A DNA stretch of 64,000 bases. Origin: Proteobacteria bacterium bin106. GTDB lineage: Bacteria > Bdellovibrionota_B > Oligoflexia > Oligoflexales > Bin106. The position numbers and the translations under genes were made by a program. Positions within the stretch are counted from its first letter, which is position 1, and each line of letters begins with the position of its first letter. Positions 18,106-27,160 of the stretch are shown here, in pieces. The notes under the pieces were generated by a model. That model saw only the letters and a list, made by a program, of their open reading frames with translations, did no database searches and was not told the DNA's origin. The stretch lies in the NCBI GenBank assembly GCA_002238945.1, contig MPNI01000002.1:72855-136854 (forward strand). Reading direction: 5' to 3'.

Positions 18106-19848
18106 TTATGGCTGACATGTGTTTGTAGCAGGAGTGCCGGCAGATGCTGTCCCATCACTCGACCTTCTTTGTTGGGCTAATCGTAACTTCTCCTCCAACA
18201 ATCCTAGTTCCCTGTTTATTGGAGCAGTAGCATCTGCTACTAGCTTTTGGTACTCTTTCTCCCTTTGTTGCCTCTCAGCCTCTGTTTCTCCACTATCTTG
18301 CGTTACCTCTGTTGTTGTAGGCGTATGATCCCGTTCATCTGCTTTGTCCTTATTCTGCAGTTTTGCCATTTCAATACTATGACCCTTATTCAGCGCATTA
18401 GTGTTGACTTTATATTGAAGTATGTCAGGCACAACTTCTAATACACTTTGAAAAATCTGTCCTGCACCTCCTCCTAAAAAGGATCTCTGCTCATTACCAG
18501 CACCAGCGGTATTGTCTGTGGTGGTATTTGTACCATTACCCGTAGCAGGTGTGCCCGAAATAGCAGCCAAGCCATCATCCCAATTGAGAGTTGTTTCCTC
18601 AAGACCTTGACTTGCCCACTCAGGTAAATTTGGTGCTTCTAACGGACCTTGCTTTACAGCAACAACACGGTTACTCACCATCAAAAAGGCATCATCAGCT
18701 TTGGCTACATCACCACAGCCACTTTCATCTGATACAACAAGATGGCCACTAGGATCATCATTAGGAGAAAGTGTGACACTACAACCTTTAGTGAGCAACA
18801 TATCATCACTTTGACTTTTAGCAAGCCCCACAAGTGTAGCTTTTGTAGCACTTCTAAGAGCGGCCCATACCGGTAATCGCGACATTTGCAACATATCCGG
18901 GCCTGTCTGCGTGGTGCTGCCTTTTTGAGCATTGATATACGCCAATATATCTGCATCCCAAGCTCCCCAGTCGGAGACCTCACTCACCGTAGCCATGTCC
19001 ACGTCGATTGTCTTAAACACACCCCAATCTGGATTTCCTCCTGCAAATCCCGCCAAGACCACAAACCGGTTATAGAGCTCCTTTTCAACATCGCCTTTGT
19101 TAAGATCAACATCTATTTCCATAATGTGATCAAAATGAAAGCCTGCTTCTGTAGTCTCCTCAGTCCCCGCTACCCCACTAGCGTCTGGCTCAGCTTCTGT
19201 AGATACTTCTGCTGATTCTTGGCCTTCAGGTTCTCCTCCAGCAGCTGTTGTCCCAGTTGATGATGACTCAGGTGATCGAGAAGCTGGTAGTTCAATCGTT
19301 ACATCGTCCATCCGGTCCTTCAAGGATATGCTTAAAATCTTTTTGCTCATGATTTCATGATACTGATCTTCACTAAGAGGAACCTCCAATGTCTTTGTAT
19401 GCTCTTCATAACTTTCTCCTAGTGATTTTTTAAAATCCACATTCAGTAACAATTGAGCATTCTCTTTATTTTCAAGAACTTGCTTTATACAATCAACTTT
19501 TCCAGCAAGAGTGAATTTTTTATAACGATCTTCATAAAGAGGATCTTTATTTTCATAGTCCTCGTTTATGTAGTTATACACATATACAGCACAACCTTTT
19601 ACTGTTGTTCCTTCCGTCCATTTAACAGCACCCACATAAAACTTGTCATCTTGTGAGGCTGTTCCACCAGAGTAAGCAGCCACATCGGACGTGTCACATG
19701 TTGACGTAGGAGTTTTACGGCAAGAAACTGCAAAAAAAACCATAAGTACCGATAACACAAATGGCCGCCCTAGAGTTCTGATTGTCTGTTTCCATAGAAG
19801 AAAAGATAAGCTACGAAACTCTCCTGCTTTCTTTCGCGTTTTAGACAT
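18106..19848 (-). CDS. lipoprotein, hypothetical
   Basis: The internal ATG at 19848 gives MSKTRKKAGEFRS...VLMVFFAVSC|RK (basic n-region plus lipobox). Acidic/Thr-rich linker and a C-terminal coiled-coil-like region. The ORF track starts at 19965. Confidence 0.5.
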   Translation of the reverse strand: MSKTRKKAGEFRSLSFLLWKQTIRTLGRPFVLSVLMVFFAVSCRKTPTSTCDTSDVAAYSGGTASQDDKFYVGAVKWTEGTTVKGCAVYVYNYINEDYENKDPLYEDRYKKFTLAGKVDCIKQVLENKENAQLLLNVDFKKSLGESYEEHTKTLEVPLSEDQYHEIMSKKILSISLKDRMDDVTIELPASRSPESSSTGTTAAGGEPEGQESAEVSTEAEPDASGVAGTEETTEAGFHFDHIMEIDVDLNKGDVEKELYNRFVVLAGFAGGNPDWGVFKTIDVDMATVSEVSDWGAWDADILAYINAQKGSTTQTGPDMLQMSRLPVWAALRSATKATLVGLAKSQSDDMLLTKGCSVTLSPNDDPSGHLVVSDESGCGDVAKADDAFLMVSNRVVAVKQGPLEAPNLPEWASQGLEETTLNWDDGLAAISGTPATGNGTNTTTDNTAGAGNEQRSFLGGGAGQIFQSVLEVVPDILQYKVNTNALNKGHSIEMAKLQNKDKADERDHTPTTTEVTQDSGETEAERQQREKEYQKLVADATAPINRELGLLEEKLRLAQQRRSSDGTASAGTPATNTCQP

Positions 19849-20238
19849 TAAAGGCTCGGTTAACAAGACGATATCTTCAATCATGAAATTATCCTTACTC
19901 TCTATATGGATGATGTTACAAATCAGTCTTATAATTAAGCTCATAACATGTCCTAAAAGACTCACTACCTAAGCTAGATAAATGTAGACACGTAACTTGC
20001 TTAACGGTATTGGCTGGTAAAAACTTAGCCTGTTTATAAAAAACGAAACATTTCATATATCTAAAAAAGACCTAAAATGCTTACAATCACACCAGTACAT
20101 GTTGTTATGGATGTATTTGTGCTGTTAGAATGCCTGATAAGAACACACAAATAGCTCTGTCAACAGATAACACATGACTCGTAGAAAAGAAGTATAACCA
20201 CCAAACACCTTTTCAAGAAAGAACGGCTTATCTCTCAA

Positions 20239-20274
20239 CGTATTTTCAAACGTATTTTCAAACTTATTTTCAAA
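20239..20274. repeat. 12-nt tandem repeat (cgtattttcaaa x3, third copy ctt...)
   Basis: Read directly. In the frame of the downstream lipoprotein gene it encodes RIFK-RIFK-LIFK. Confidence 0.9.
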
Positions 20275-20310
20275 CGAGGTCTTTGTGCCTCTTTTTACAT
20301 CTTCTTAATA

Positions 20311-21468
20311 GTGTCTTTGGGTGTTGCAGGTATAGCTGGGTGCCAGAACCCAAGATCCGCACAAAGTGAGCTTTCTGGCAAAATAGTACTAAGCACTTCT
20401 TTTGACAACCTAGAACCTTACGCAAACCCTTACCCTCTAAGGATGGCACTAGCTATAAGTAATACTCCCGCTACACAGCATCATGGACCTGACCTACTGA
20501 ACACGTTTATGAAACAAGCTGCCAAACATCTAGCATGGCATAAACTCAATAAAATCATGATTATCAGCTGTCTTAAAGGGGACAAAAATAACGATGCTAC
20601 CTGCATCCAAAAGCTACCACATCCCCCTCATACTCCCCAGACAAAGACACATATAGGCCTAAAGACTAACCATTTTGATATCTTCCTCGGTACACATTTG
20701 CTCAAAACACTCAATGAACTCTTTCGTGGCATGTATCACGACTTTTTTCAACTAAAACAAGATCAACCCTATATTAATGTGTTTATCCAGGTTGCTGTCT
20801 TTCCTTCTAAGCTAGATGGTGAGTTTGAAGAAAACACATTCCTTTCAGATCTACCAACACTTACAAAAACCCTTTACCGAAAGTATATTGCCAAAGCTGT
20901 TTATCGTAGGCCATCTCTCAGTGTTGAAAGACGCACCACAAATCCTTCCAGTGAGTTCTCTCCTTTATTGTTTTTTCATTTCCTCGGTGGACAATACCCG
21001 CCGAGCCTAAGCCATGCAACACTGAACAATGGCTCCCATGGAGATACATTCCGCCACAAGCTCAACGAGCCTCTTATCGATCTGAATTTGCCTTTTAAAA
21101 ACCTTCTTCCCGGAACGGTTTTTGATTTAAACACTGTTACGTCTCCAAAATTTGGCAGGCTCCTCCAAAATCGTCTTGCGCGCTATATGCGTCTACTACC
21201 TAGCCATAGCACCTCTGAGGCTCATCCCAGTTATCATCCACCCGCTCCTTACAGTGATCATTTAGGTATTCTATTTGGCCATATTGCCAAACACCAACCT
21301 CCTTACACAGTACCTCTTCCCACCTTCTGCCGAGAGATCATCGCTATCAACCTACCAGAAAAAATCATCACCGATACAGCCTCTCTAAGCTGCTCCAGGC
21401 AACACGTTGTCATTCCGTACCATCTCATCCCACCCACAGTTGGCCCTGTAACCATCTCCTACAAGTAA
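20311..21468 (+). CDS. putative lipoprotein, hypothetical (true start probably upstream of 20311)
   Basis: The GTG at 20311 gives only VSLGVAGIAGC|QN before the lipobox Cys. The same frame is open back to 20185 and encodes a proper n-region and h-region, but without ATG/GTG/TTG. Confidence 0.45.
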   Translation: MSLGVAGIAGCQNPRSAQSELSGKIVLSTSFDNLEPYANPYPLRMALAISNTPATQHHGPDLLNTFMKQAAKHLAWHKLNKIMIISCLKGDKNNDATCIQKLPHPPHTPQTKTHIGLKTNHFDIFLGTHLLKTLNELFRGMYHDFFQLKQDQPYINVFIQVAVFPSKLDGEFEENTFLSDLPTLTKTLYRKYIAKAVYRRPSLSVERRTTNPSSEFSPLLFFHFLGGQYPPSLSHATLNNGSHGDTFRHKLNEPLIDLNLPFKNLLPGTVFDLNTVTSPKFGRLLQNRLARYMRLLPSHSTSEAHPSYHPPAPYSDHLGILFGHIAKHQPPYTVPLPTFCREIIAINLPEKIITDTASLSCSRQHVVIPYHLIPPTVGPVTISYK

Positions 21469-21799
21469 TAATTTGACAGCCATCTTCTATGTCTCATCTA
21501 TTTTCTCTTGAATGATCTTCGCTTTCATCCAAAGAGCTAAGCATTGTCTTAAGCGGCAAGTTATCTGCTCATCTTGCAAAATCCTTCTCCACAGTGTATA
21601 CATAATCGAGCCATGTACTCATGTACAGGGCTCGATGTGAAAGCATGAACATTAAATGAACACTAAAAGAACCAAACACATGTAATGTAAGGAGTGTAAG
21701 ATGAAGTTAAAAACATACAACACTACTTACAACGCCTCCTAATAACATAAACAAGCAAAAAACAGACAAGCATACATATATGACATCATAGGACCAACT

Positions 21800-22813
21800 A
21801 TGCACGTGTCTTTGAGCTATTATATCTCTCATATCTTCTATATCTCTATCCCACTCTTTGCAGGGAGTTTATGTCTACTCCTCAGTGGCTGTGGAAAGAA
21901 TCATAACAGCCACCACCATAGCAAGCTTCACTTAGTGGGCGGTGATACCGTACCCCTTCAGCAAAAAAATGCTGTTTCCGTTATTTTACGAGAAAACAGA
22001 CAAGCTATCTGTGAAGGCAGCTACATCCACACAGGAGTGATACTCACTGCAGCACACTGCCTCATCGGACCTGTGAACGCTGACGAAATCATGTTTGCAA
22101 GCCTTAACGCTATTAACAAAACAGACTACACTTCTATAGATATCAAGGATCACGTTGTCTTAGAGAAAGCTGACATGGCTTTAGCCTTTTTTGATGAGAT
22201 GGACCTTCAAAAAGACCTAAGAAAACAATTTCTTAAGCCACCAAGCACCACCCGCTTGCTAGACAAACCACTCACAGCACCCACCAGCCTGACTCTTCAA
22301 GGTTTTGCTGGCACCAATCCGGCCCATGCCACCAAGTATCACTTACGACAGGGCCGCGTGATGTTTTATCCCTTTGATAAGTGGAAAGATTTCATAACTC
22401 ATAGCTTTGTGAAAAATGCAGCTCCTTACCTTGAACGGCTGATTACCAGCGAGAGGAAATTTCTGCGCTTTTTAAGTACCTATTTAGCCAACATCTCATC
22501 ACACCACCATCAACACACCGGCTTCATCATGCCTGTCAATGCTGAAGAATTCTTACAAACAAGAACCCAACCATCTCTATGGGTATGTACCGGAGATTCA
22601 GGAGCTCCTCTCTATCAAAAATACTTCGATTCAGCTTATGTAGCAGCTGTACTCACCGCTGCTACATCCACCAAATACAACCTCTTGCTACCACACCCCC
22701 AACCTAATCAAGCCACCTCATGCAATCCTATCGGTATAGCACGTCCCGTTTATCCTTACCTCAACTGGATCAACCAAAAAATCCGTGCCTTTCATCGAGG
22801 TTCTTCTTCGTAG
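21800..22813 (+). CDS. trypsin-like (S1 family) serine protease, lipoprotein
   Basis: Lipobox LLLSGC. Catalytic triad context: LTAAHC (His), DMALAFF (Asp), GDSGAPL (Ser). Confidence 0.7.
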   Translation: MHVSLSYYISHIFYISIPLFAGSLCLLLSGCGKNHNSHHHSKLHLVGGDTVPLQQKNAVSVILRENRQAICEGSYIHTGVILTAAHCLIGPVNADEIMFASLNAINKTDYTSIDIKDHVVLEKADMALAFFDEMDLQKDLRKQFLKPPSTTRLLDKPLTAPTSLTLQGFAGTNPAHATKYHLRQGRVMFYPFDKWKDFITHSFVKNAAPYLERLITSERKFLRFLSTYLANISSHHHQHTGFIMPVNAEEFLQTRTQPSLWVCTGDSGAPLYQKYFDSAYVAAVLTAATSTKYNLLLPHPQPNQATSCNPIGIARPVYPYLNWINQKIRAFHRGSSS

Positions 22814-22854
22814 CACATCTCGTGTTTTAAAAGAAAATGCCACACACTCTCTAG

Positions 22855-25800
22855 AGTTATCCATATAAAAACAAAAAAGGTTATGTTATCTCTAGCTCTA
22901 CCGTTTGCCCTCCGCAGCAAAAACACAGCCAAGATTTTCTTAACACTCTTAAAAATCATCACGATTTTTGTGGAGTCATCACCACTTCTATCAGTCATTT
23001 AGCCGTACATTCCACCGATAACAGCATCTATGAACTCACTCCCCGTGCTGTGATTTATCCCAAGCAAGAACGTGATATTTCCCTTGTTTTATCCTTACTC
23101 GAACGTAAAGAATATAGAAACATAGCTATCACAGCTAAAGGAGGAGGTACATCTACCAATGGCCAATGTCTTGCTTGGCAAGAAGGGATTATCCTTGATA
23201 CCTCAAGATTTATGAATCATATCCTTGAGATCTGTCTTAAAGAACAATACGTACGCGTACAAAGTGGAGTGGTGCTGGGAAGACTCAATGAGGAGCTGGC
23301 AAAGCATGGTTACATGTTTGCTCCCACCACCTCCACCAGCTCACGTGTCACTATCGGAGGAATGGTTTCCACAAACGCCTCTGGAATTGGCTCAAGCAAG
23401 TGGGGACGTACCAGCGATCATCTCAAGTCAGTACGTCTTATATTGCTGGGAGGAGAGAGTTGGGATGTTACAACCCTAGCTACTAAAACCTCACCAAACA
23501 CCCTTTCTCCAAGGATCCGTTTGATCATCAAACGGATCTGTGAAGAAATCCAAAAAAATACCACCCAGATAGCACGGGTTTTTCAAAAGATGCCCCGCTC
23601 TCTTACCGGCTACAACCTAGATATTCTCTCTCAAAACACATTACATCTACCAGCTCTCATCTCTGGCTCTGAGGGCACTCTTGGCATCATCAGTGAATGC
23701 ACATTAGCTATAGTGAAAAAACCTCGCCATAAAACCTTACTTGCCTGTGTTTTTAAAGACTGGGATGCTTGCTTACAAGCAGGCCAGTGGAGTGTGGCTT
23801 TGGGAGCAAGCTGTGTTGAAGCCTTAGACCACTCACTACTCACTGCTGCTCGTAACGATATCACCTGGCACAGCCAGCCTCTTGCAACAAAGCTCTCCCA
23901 GATCACCGACAGTACACTCACTGTACAACTCGTGGAGTTTGATGCCACAGATCAAACCGAAATAGAAGACATTCAAAGCCGTTGCATCAAAGCCATAGAA
24001 AGCCACGGCAAACAACACAAAATCATTGCCTGGCACTTTTCTTCCAGTGAAGAAGAACGCTTAGCTTTATGGAATATCCGCAAAAATGCCGTGGGATTAT
24101 TTGCAGCAAGCTCATCATCTGCACATTCCTCGCTACGAAGCTGTGCTTTTATAGAAGACGCTGCTGTGCATCCTCAAGACCTACCAGAGTTTATCAAAGC
24201 TTTTGGTGCCATCCTGGATAAACATCAAGTACCTTATGGTATGTATGGGCATCTTGATGCAGGATGCATGCATGTACGTCCCAAACTCGATACCGCTGCA
24301 CCACAATTTGCCAAGCAAATAGCTCGCATCAGCGAAGATATCAAAAATCTCTCTTTAAAATACAAAGGACTATTATGGGGAGAGCACGGCAAAGGACTCC
24401 GTAGCCAATACACCAAAGAGTTTTTTGGAGACACACTCTATGATTCTCTGCAAGTTATCAAAACTCTATTTGATCCTCATTATCAACTCAATTGTGGAAA
24501 AATCTGTCCTCCACAAAACTACAGCGATGAAGCTATCCCGCAAGTTGATGAAGTCCCCATGCGAGCAGACCACGAACACTCTATTCCTCATTTAGACAAA
24601 GAGCTCTTTGCTGATGCCTATCGCTGTGATGGCAACGGACTCTGCTTCAGTGTACATAGCCACGATATCATGTGTCCGAGTTTTCGAGCCACTGGCTCAA
24701 GAGTTCATTCGCCAAAAGGACGAGCTGCCATCATCAGAGCATGGTTGCAGCAATCTCAGTTATCATCAGGGCGAGCCACTCAAAAACACAGCAATATCGC
24801 CAAAATTCGGCTCCAACTCACCAAGCCCTTTAAAGCTCGGCTGCAGCAAAAGTCTTCTTTTTACGAACACGAAAGTGATGATATCTCTGAGCATCTCTAT
24901 CACAGCCTCAACGGCTGTTTATCCTGTCGAGCATGCAGTGGTACCTGTCCTTTAAAAGTGGATATTCCAGAGCTCAAATCACGCTTTCTTGACATCTACC
25001 ACAAGCAACGTCCTCGGCCACTGCGAGACTATATCATCGCTTTCAGCGAAGATATTCTGCCACGTCTTGCACGTAACACACTGTTACGCACCCTCTACAA
25101 CACCACCATCTCTTTAAAACCTTCACTATGGTTTATGAAGCATGTCATCCGTCTGTGTGATCCTCCACCTCTCTGTGATGGTACACAACATCTCAAAAAA
25201 CATCACATCCTTCACTCCTATAGCCCCCCACAGCCATCACTTCTTATTGTTGCCGATATGATGTCTTTAGCTCTTGAAAAGGACCTGCTCCATTACAGTT
25301 TTCATTTTTTAGAAGCCGTAAACCTCTCTCCTTATCTTGCTCCTTATTCTGCTAGCGGCAAATCCTGGCATCTCAGAGGTTTTCTCAAACGCTTTAGCCA
25401 CATCGCCCTTACGCGTCACCAACATCTCGAAAAACTTGCCGCAAGCCATACTCTCATGGGCATAGACCCTGCCTTCACATTCACCTATCGTGGTGATTAT
25501 GCTAAATACCTGCCCAAAAATAGCCCTCGTAACTGGCATGTCCTCACCCCTCAAGAATGTCTTCATCAACTGTTTCAAAAAAAAGATGCTTGTGGTGAGT
25601 CCATAAAATCCCTTAAACAATCCGCATCAAAATGGCGAGCTCTATTAGTGGAGCATTGTTTTGAACGCACCACTTTAGCTGGGAGTGCAAAATTGTGGCA
25701 GGAGGTATGTGCTAAGATGGATATTTCTCTCGAATACCAACCCATGGGATGTTGTGGTATGGCAGGATTTTTTGGGCATGAAAAAGAACATCTCAAAGAA

Positions 25801-26025
25801 TCCAAAGATATTTTTTCTATCCACTGGCAAAACACCCTCAATACTTTTATTGCTGAAACACCAGGTCATATCACACCGGTGTTTTTGGTCCCTGGTGGCA
25901 GCTGTCGCATGCAAATAAAACGTTTTTTTTCAAAAAAGAATTGTCACATCTACCATCCCCTAGAGTGGCTAGGAAGACTTTGCAAAACACATTATGAAGT
26001 ATCTCCAAAACCGGTAATATGTTAG
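22855..26025 (+). CDS. ydiJ: FAD-linked oxidase fused to an Fe-S/CCG oxidoreductase (YdiJ/GlcD-GlcF-fusion type); start codon unresolved
   Basis: FAD_binding_4 motifs (AKGGGTSTNGQ, GGMVSTNASG), a 4Fe-4S motif (CLSCRACSGTCP) and C-terminal CCG-type cysteines. The conserved STDNSIYELTPRAVIYP lies upstream of the first canonical start (GTG 23050). The frame is open from 22855. Confidence 0.8.
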   Translation, partial: SYPYKNKKGYVISSSTVCPPQQKHSQDFLNTLKNHHDFCGVITTSISHLAVHSTDNSIYELTPRAVIYPKQERDISLVLSLLERKEYRNIAITAKGGGTSTNGQCLAWQEGIILDTSRFMNHILEICLKEQYVRVQSGVVLGRLNEELAKHGYMFAPTTSTSSRVTIGGMVSTNASGIGSSKWGRTSDHLKSVRLILLGGESWDVTTLATKTSPNTLSPRIRLIIKRICEEIQKNTTQIARVFQKMPRSLTGYNLDILSQNTLHLPALISGSEGTLGIISECTLAIVKKPRHKTLLACVFKDWDACLQAGQWSVALGASCVEALDHSLLTAARNDITWHSQPLATKLSQITDSTLTVQLVEFDATDQTEIEDIQSRCIKAIESHGKQHKIIAWHFSSSEEERLALWNIRKNAVGLFAASSSSAHSSLRSCAFIEDAAVHPQDLPEFIKAFGAILDKHQVPYGMYGHLDAGCMHVRPKLDTAAPQFAKQIARISEDIKNLSLKYKGLLWGEHGKGLRSQYTKEFFGDTLYDSLQVIKTLFDPHYQLNCGKICPPQNYSDEAIPQVDEVPMRADHEHSIPHLDKELFADAYRCDGNGLCFSVHSHDIMCPSFRATGSRVHSPKGRAAIIRAWLQQSQLSSGRATQKHSNIAKIRLQLTKPFKARLQQKSSFYEHESDDISEHLYHSLNGCLSCRACSGTCPLKVDIPELKSRFLDIYHKQRPRPLRDYIIAFSEDILPRLARNTLLRTLYNTTISLKPSLWFMKHVIRLCDPPPLCDGTQHLKKHHILHSYSPPQPSLLIVADMMSLALEKDLLHYSFHFLEAVNLSPYLAPYSASGKSWHLRGFLKRFSHIALTRHQHLEKLAASHTLMGIDPAFTFTYRGDYAKYLPKNSPRNWHVLTPQECLHQLFQKKDACGESIKSLKQSASKWRALLVEHCFERTTLAGSAKLWQEVCAKMDISLEYQPMGCCGMAGFFGHEKEHLKESKDIFSIHWQNTLNTFIAETPGHITPVFLVPGGSCRMQIKRFFSKKNCHIYHPLEWLGRLCKTHYEVSPKPVIC

Positions 26026-26159
26026 AGTTTTGAATGATTGCTTAGATTTTCCATGAAACCTAAGGATAATATATCTATTCCTATCATCCATACATTTTTT
26101 GCAACGTAACCCATTAACCATCATATAAAAAATAGACAAAAGAAAAAACCTACACAGCC

Positions 26160-26546
26160 ATGAAAAACAACTTTATGCACACATTTTACCTGCTTAAAGA
26201 CCTTGCTGAAGAAGCTCTTTTGAGCAAAGATTCCTTAGCTCGTCTTATTCAACAAGCATCTATTAAAGTAGCTCGACAAAGACCGCGTCTCAAAGAAACC
26301 GGAAAAGATCTTCTCACCTTTATCGACCTTCTTAAAAACTATAGCACTGGCTATTACCGCAACATTTCTCCTCAAAACATTGCTGTTGTGGCGATGGTGT
26401 GTTTATACTTCTTTAACCCTTTTGATGCTGTACCTGACTTTTTACCTCTAGGATTACTCGATGATATTCAAGTGGTGGCACTGGCTATCAATCTGTTAAA
26501 AAATGACATCAAAAAGTTTCGAGACTTTTGCCAAAAACCCTCATAA
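26160..26546 (+). CDS. DUF1232 (YkvA-like) membrane protein
   Basis: Motif NPFDAVPDFLPLGLLDDIQVV is typical of DUF1232. Confidence 0.6.
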   Translation: MKNNFMHTFYLLKDLAEEALLSKDSLARLIQQASIKVARQRPRLKETGKDLLTFIDLLKNYSTGYYRNISPQNIAVVAMVCLYFFNPFDAVPDFLPLGLLDDIQVVALAINLLKNDIKKFRDFCQKPS

Positions 26547-26559
26547 CTGGCTATAAACT

Positions 26560-27117
26560 ATGAAATCTCCATCCAGCTCTAGCCCCAACATTAACTTAAA
26601 CTCTTACTTACCTTTGGTTTGGGTGTTAATGTGTGCTGTTGCTCTAGCCTGCTTGCGGGTTCTCTATCTTAGTGACTCTAGCAGCGAACCTTTAAATGAA
26701 TCTTTAAAAGAACTCATCATGTCTGCAATGGGTTATTTTGTATGTAACCTCGCTTTTTTAAAACTCTTAGATGTTGGTGCATTTAAGAAAAGTTTTCTAC
26801 GCTATGATCTTGTGGCATCTCGGCTCCCTTATTACGGCACAGTTTATCCGTGGCTAGAACTGAGTGTAGGAATAAGTTTTTTAGCTTTTCCTGAACAACT
26901 CGCTAGCGGTATTCTCGCTACCTTTATGGGGGTTTCTGGTGCTATCTCCATCACCATAAACAAGCTCAAACCTGAACAAAATACCGCCAGCGGCCATGCA
27001 GCCAACCATTGCGCTTGTACTGGTGGGCACTTAAAAGTTCCTTTAGGCCTACTCAGCATCGCTGAAAACATCGCCATGATCGTTATGGGTATCATGCTGC
27101 TAGGTTATTTAGGTTAA
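26560..27117 (+). CDS. MauE/DoxX-like membrane protein
   Basis: Four hydrophobic helices and a C-terminal CACTGG motif resembling the MauE CGCFG region. 13-nt gap to the DUF1232 gene. Confidence 0.45.
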   Translation: MKSPSSSSPNINLNSYLPLVWVLMCAVALACLRVLYLSDSSSEPLNESLKELIMSAMGYFVCNLAFLKLLDVGAFKKSFLRYDLVASRLPYYGTVYPWLELSVGISFLAFPEQLASGILATFMGVSGAISITINKLKPEQNTASGHAANHCACTGGHLKVPLGLLSIAENIAMIVMGIMLLGYLG

Positions 27118-27160
27118 TAATAACGTCAACCAAGACAAACCATCTTCATAAACATAGCCT

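Noticed and set aside
17918-18115. 65-aa plus-strand ORF in the spacer between the two minus-strand genes.
   Set aside because: It lies in an AT-rich promoter-like region with a hydrophobic, low-complexity translation and no SD. Its 3' end overlaps the end of the 18106..19848 gene. It is probably spurious.
22792-22998. 68-aa minus-strand ORF between the protease gene and the YdiJ-like gene.
   Set aside because: It lies antisense to the conserved, untranslated-looking N-terminal coding region of the YdiJ-like gene (STDNSIY motif frame). The plus-strand reading is the one supported by homology.
20174-23052. Programmed -1 ribosomal frameshifting as the explanation for the two genes that lack in-frame canonical starts.
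   Set aside because: Neither site has a canonical X XXY YYZ slippery heptamer or a downstream pseudoknot or stem. Indels in an A-run (genuine or from assembly) or non-canonical initiation are simpler explanations.
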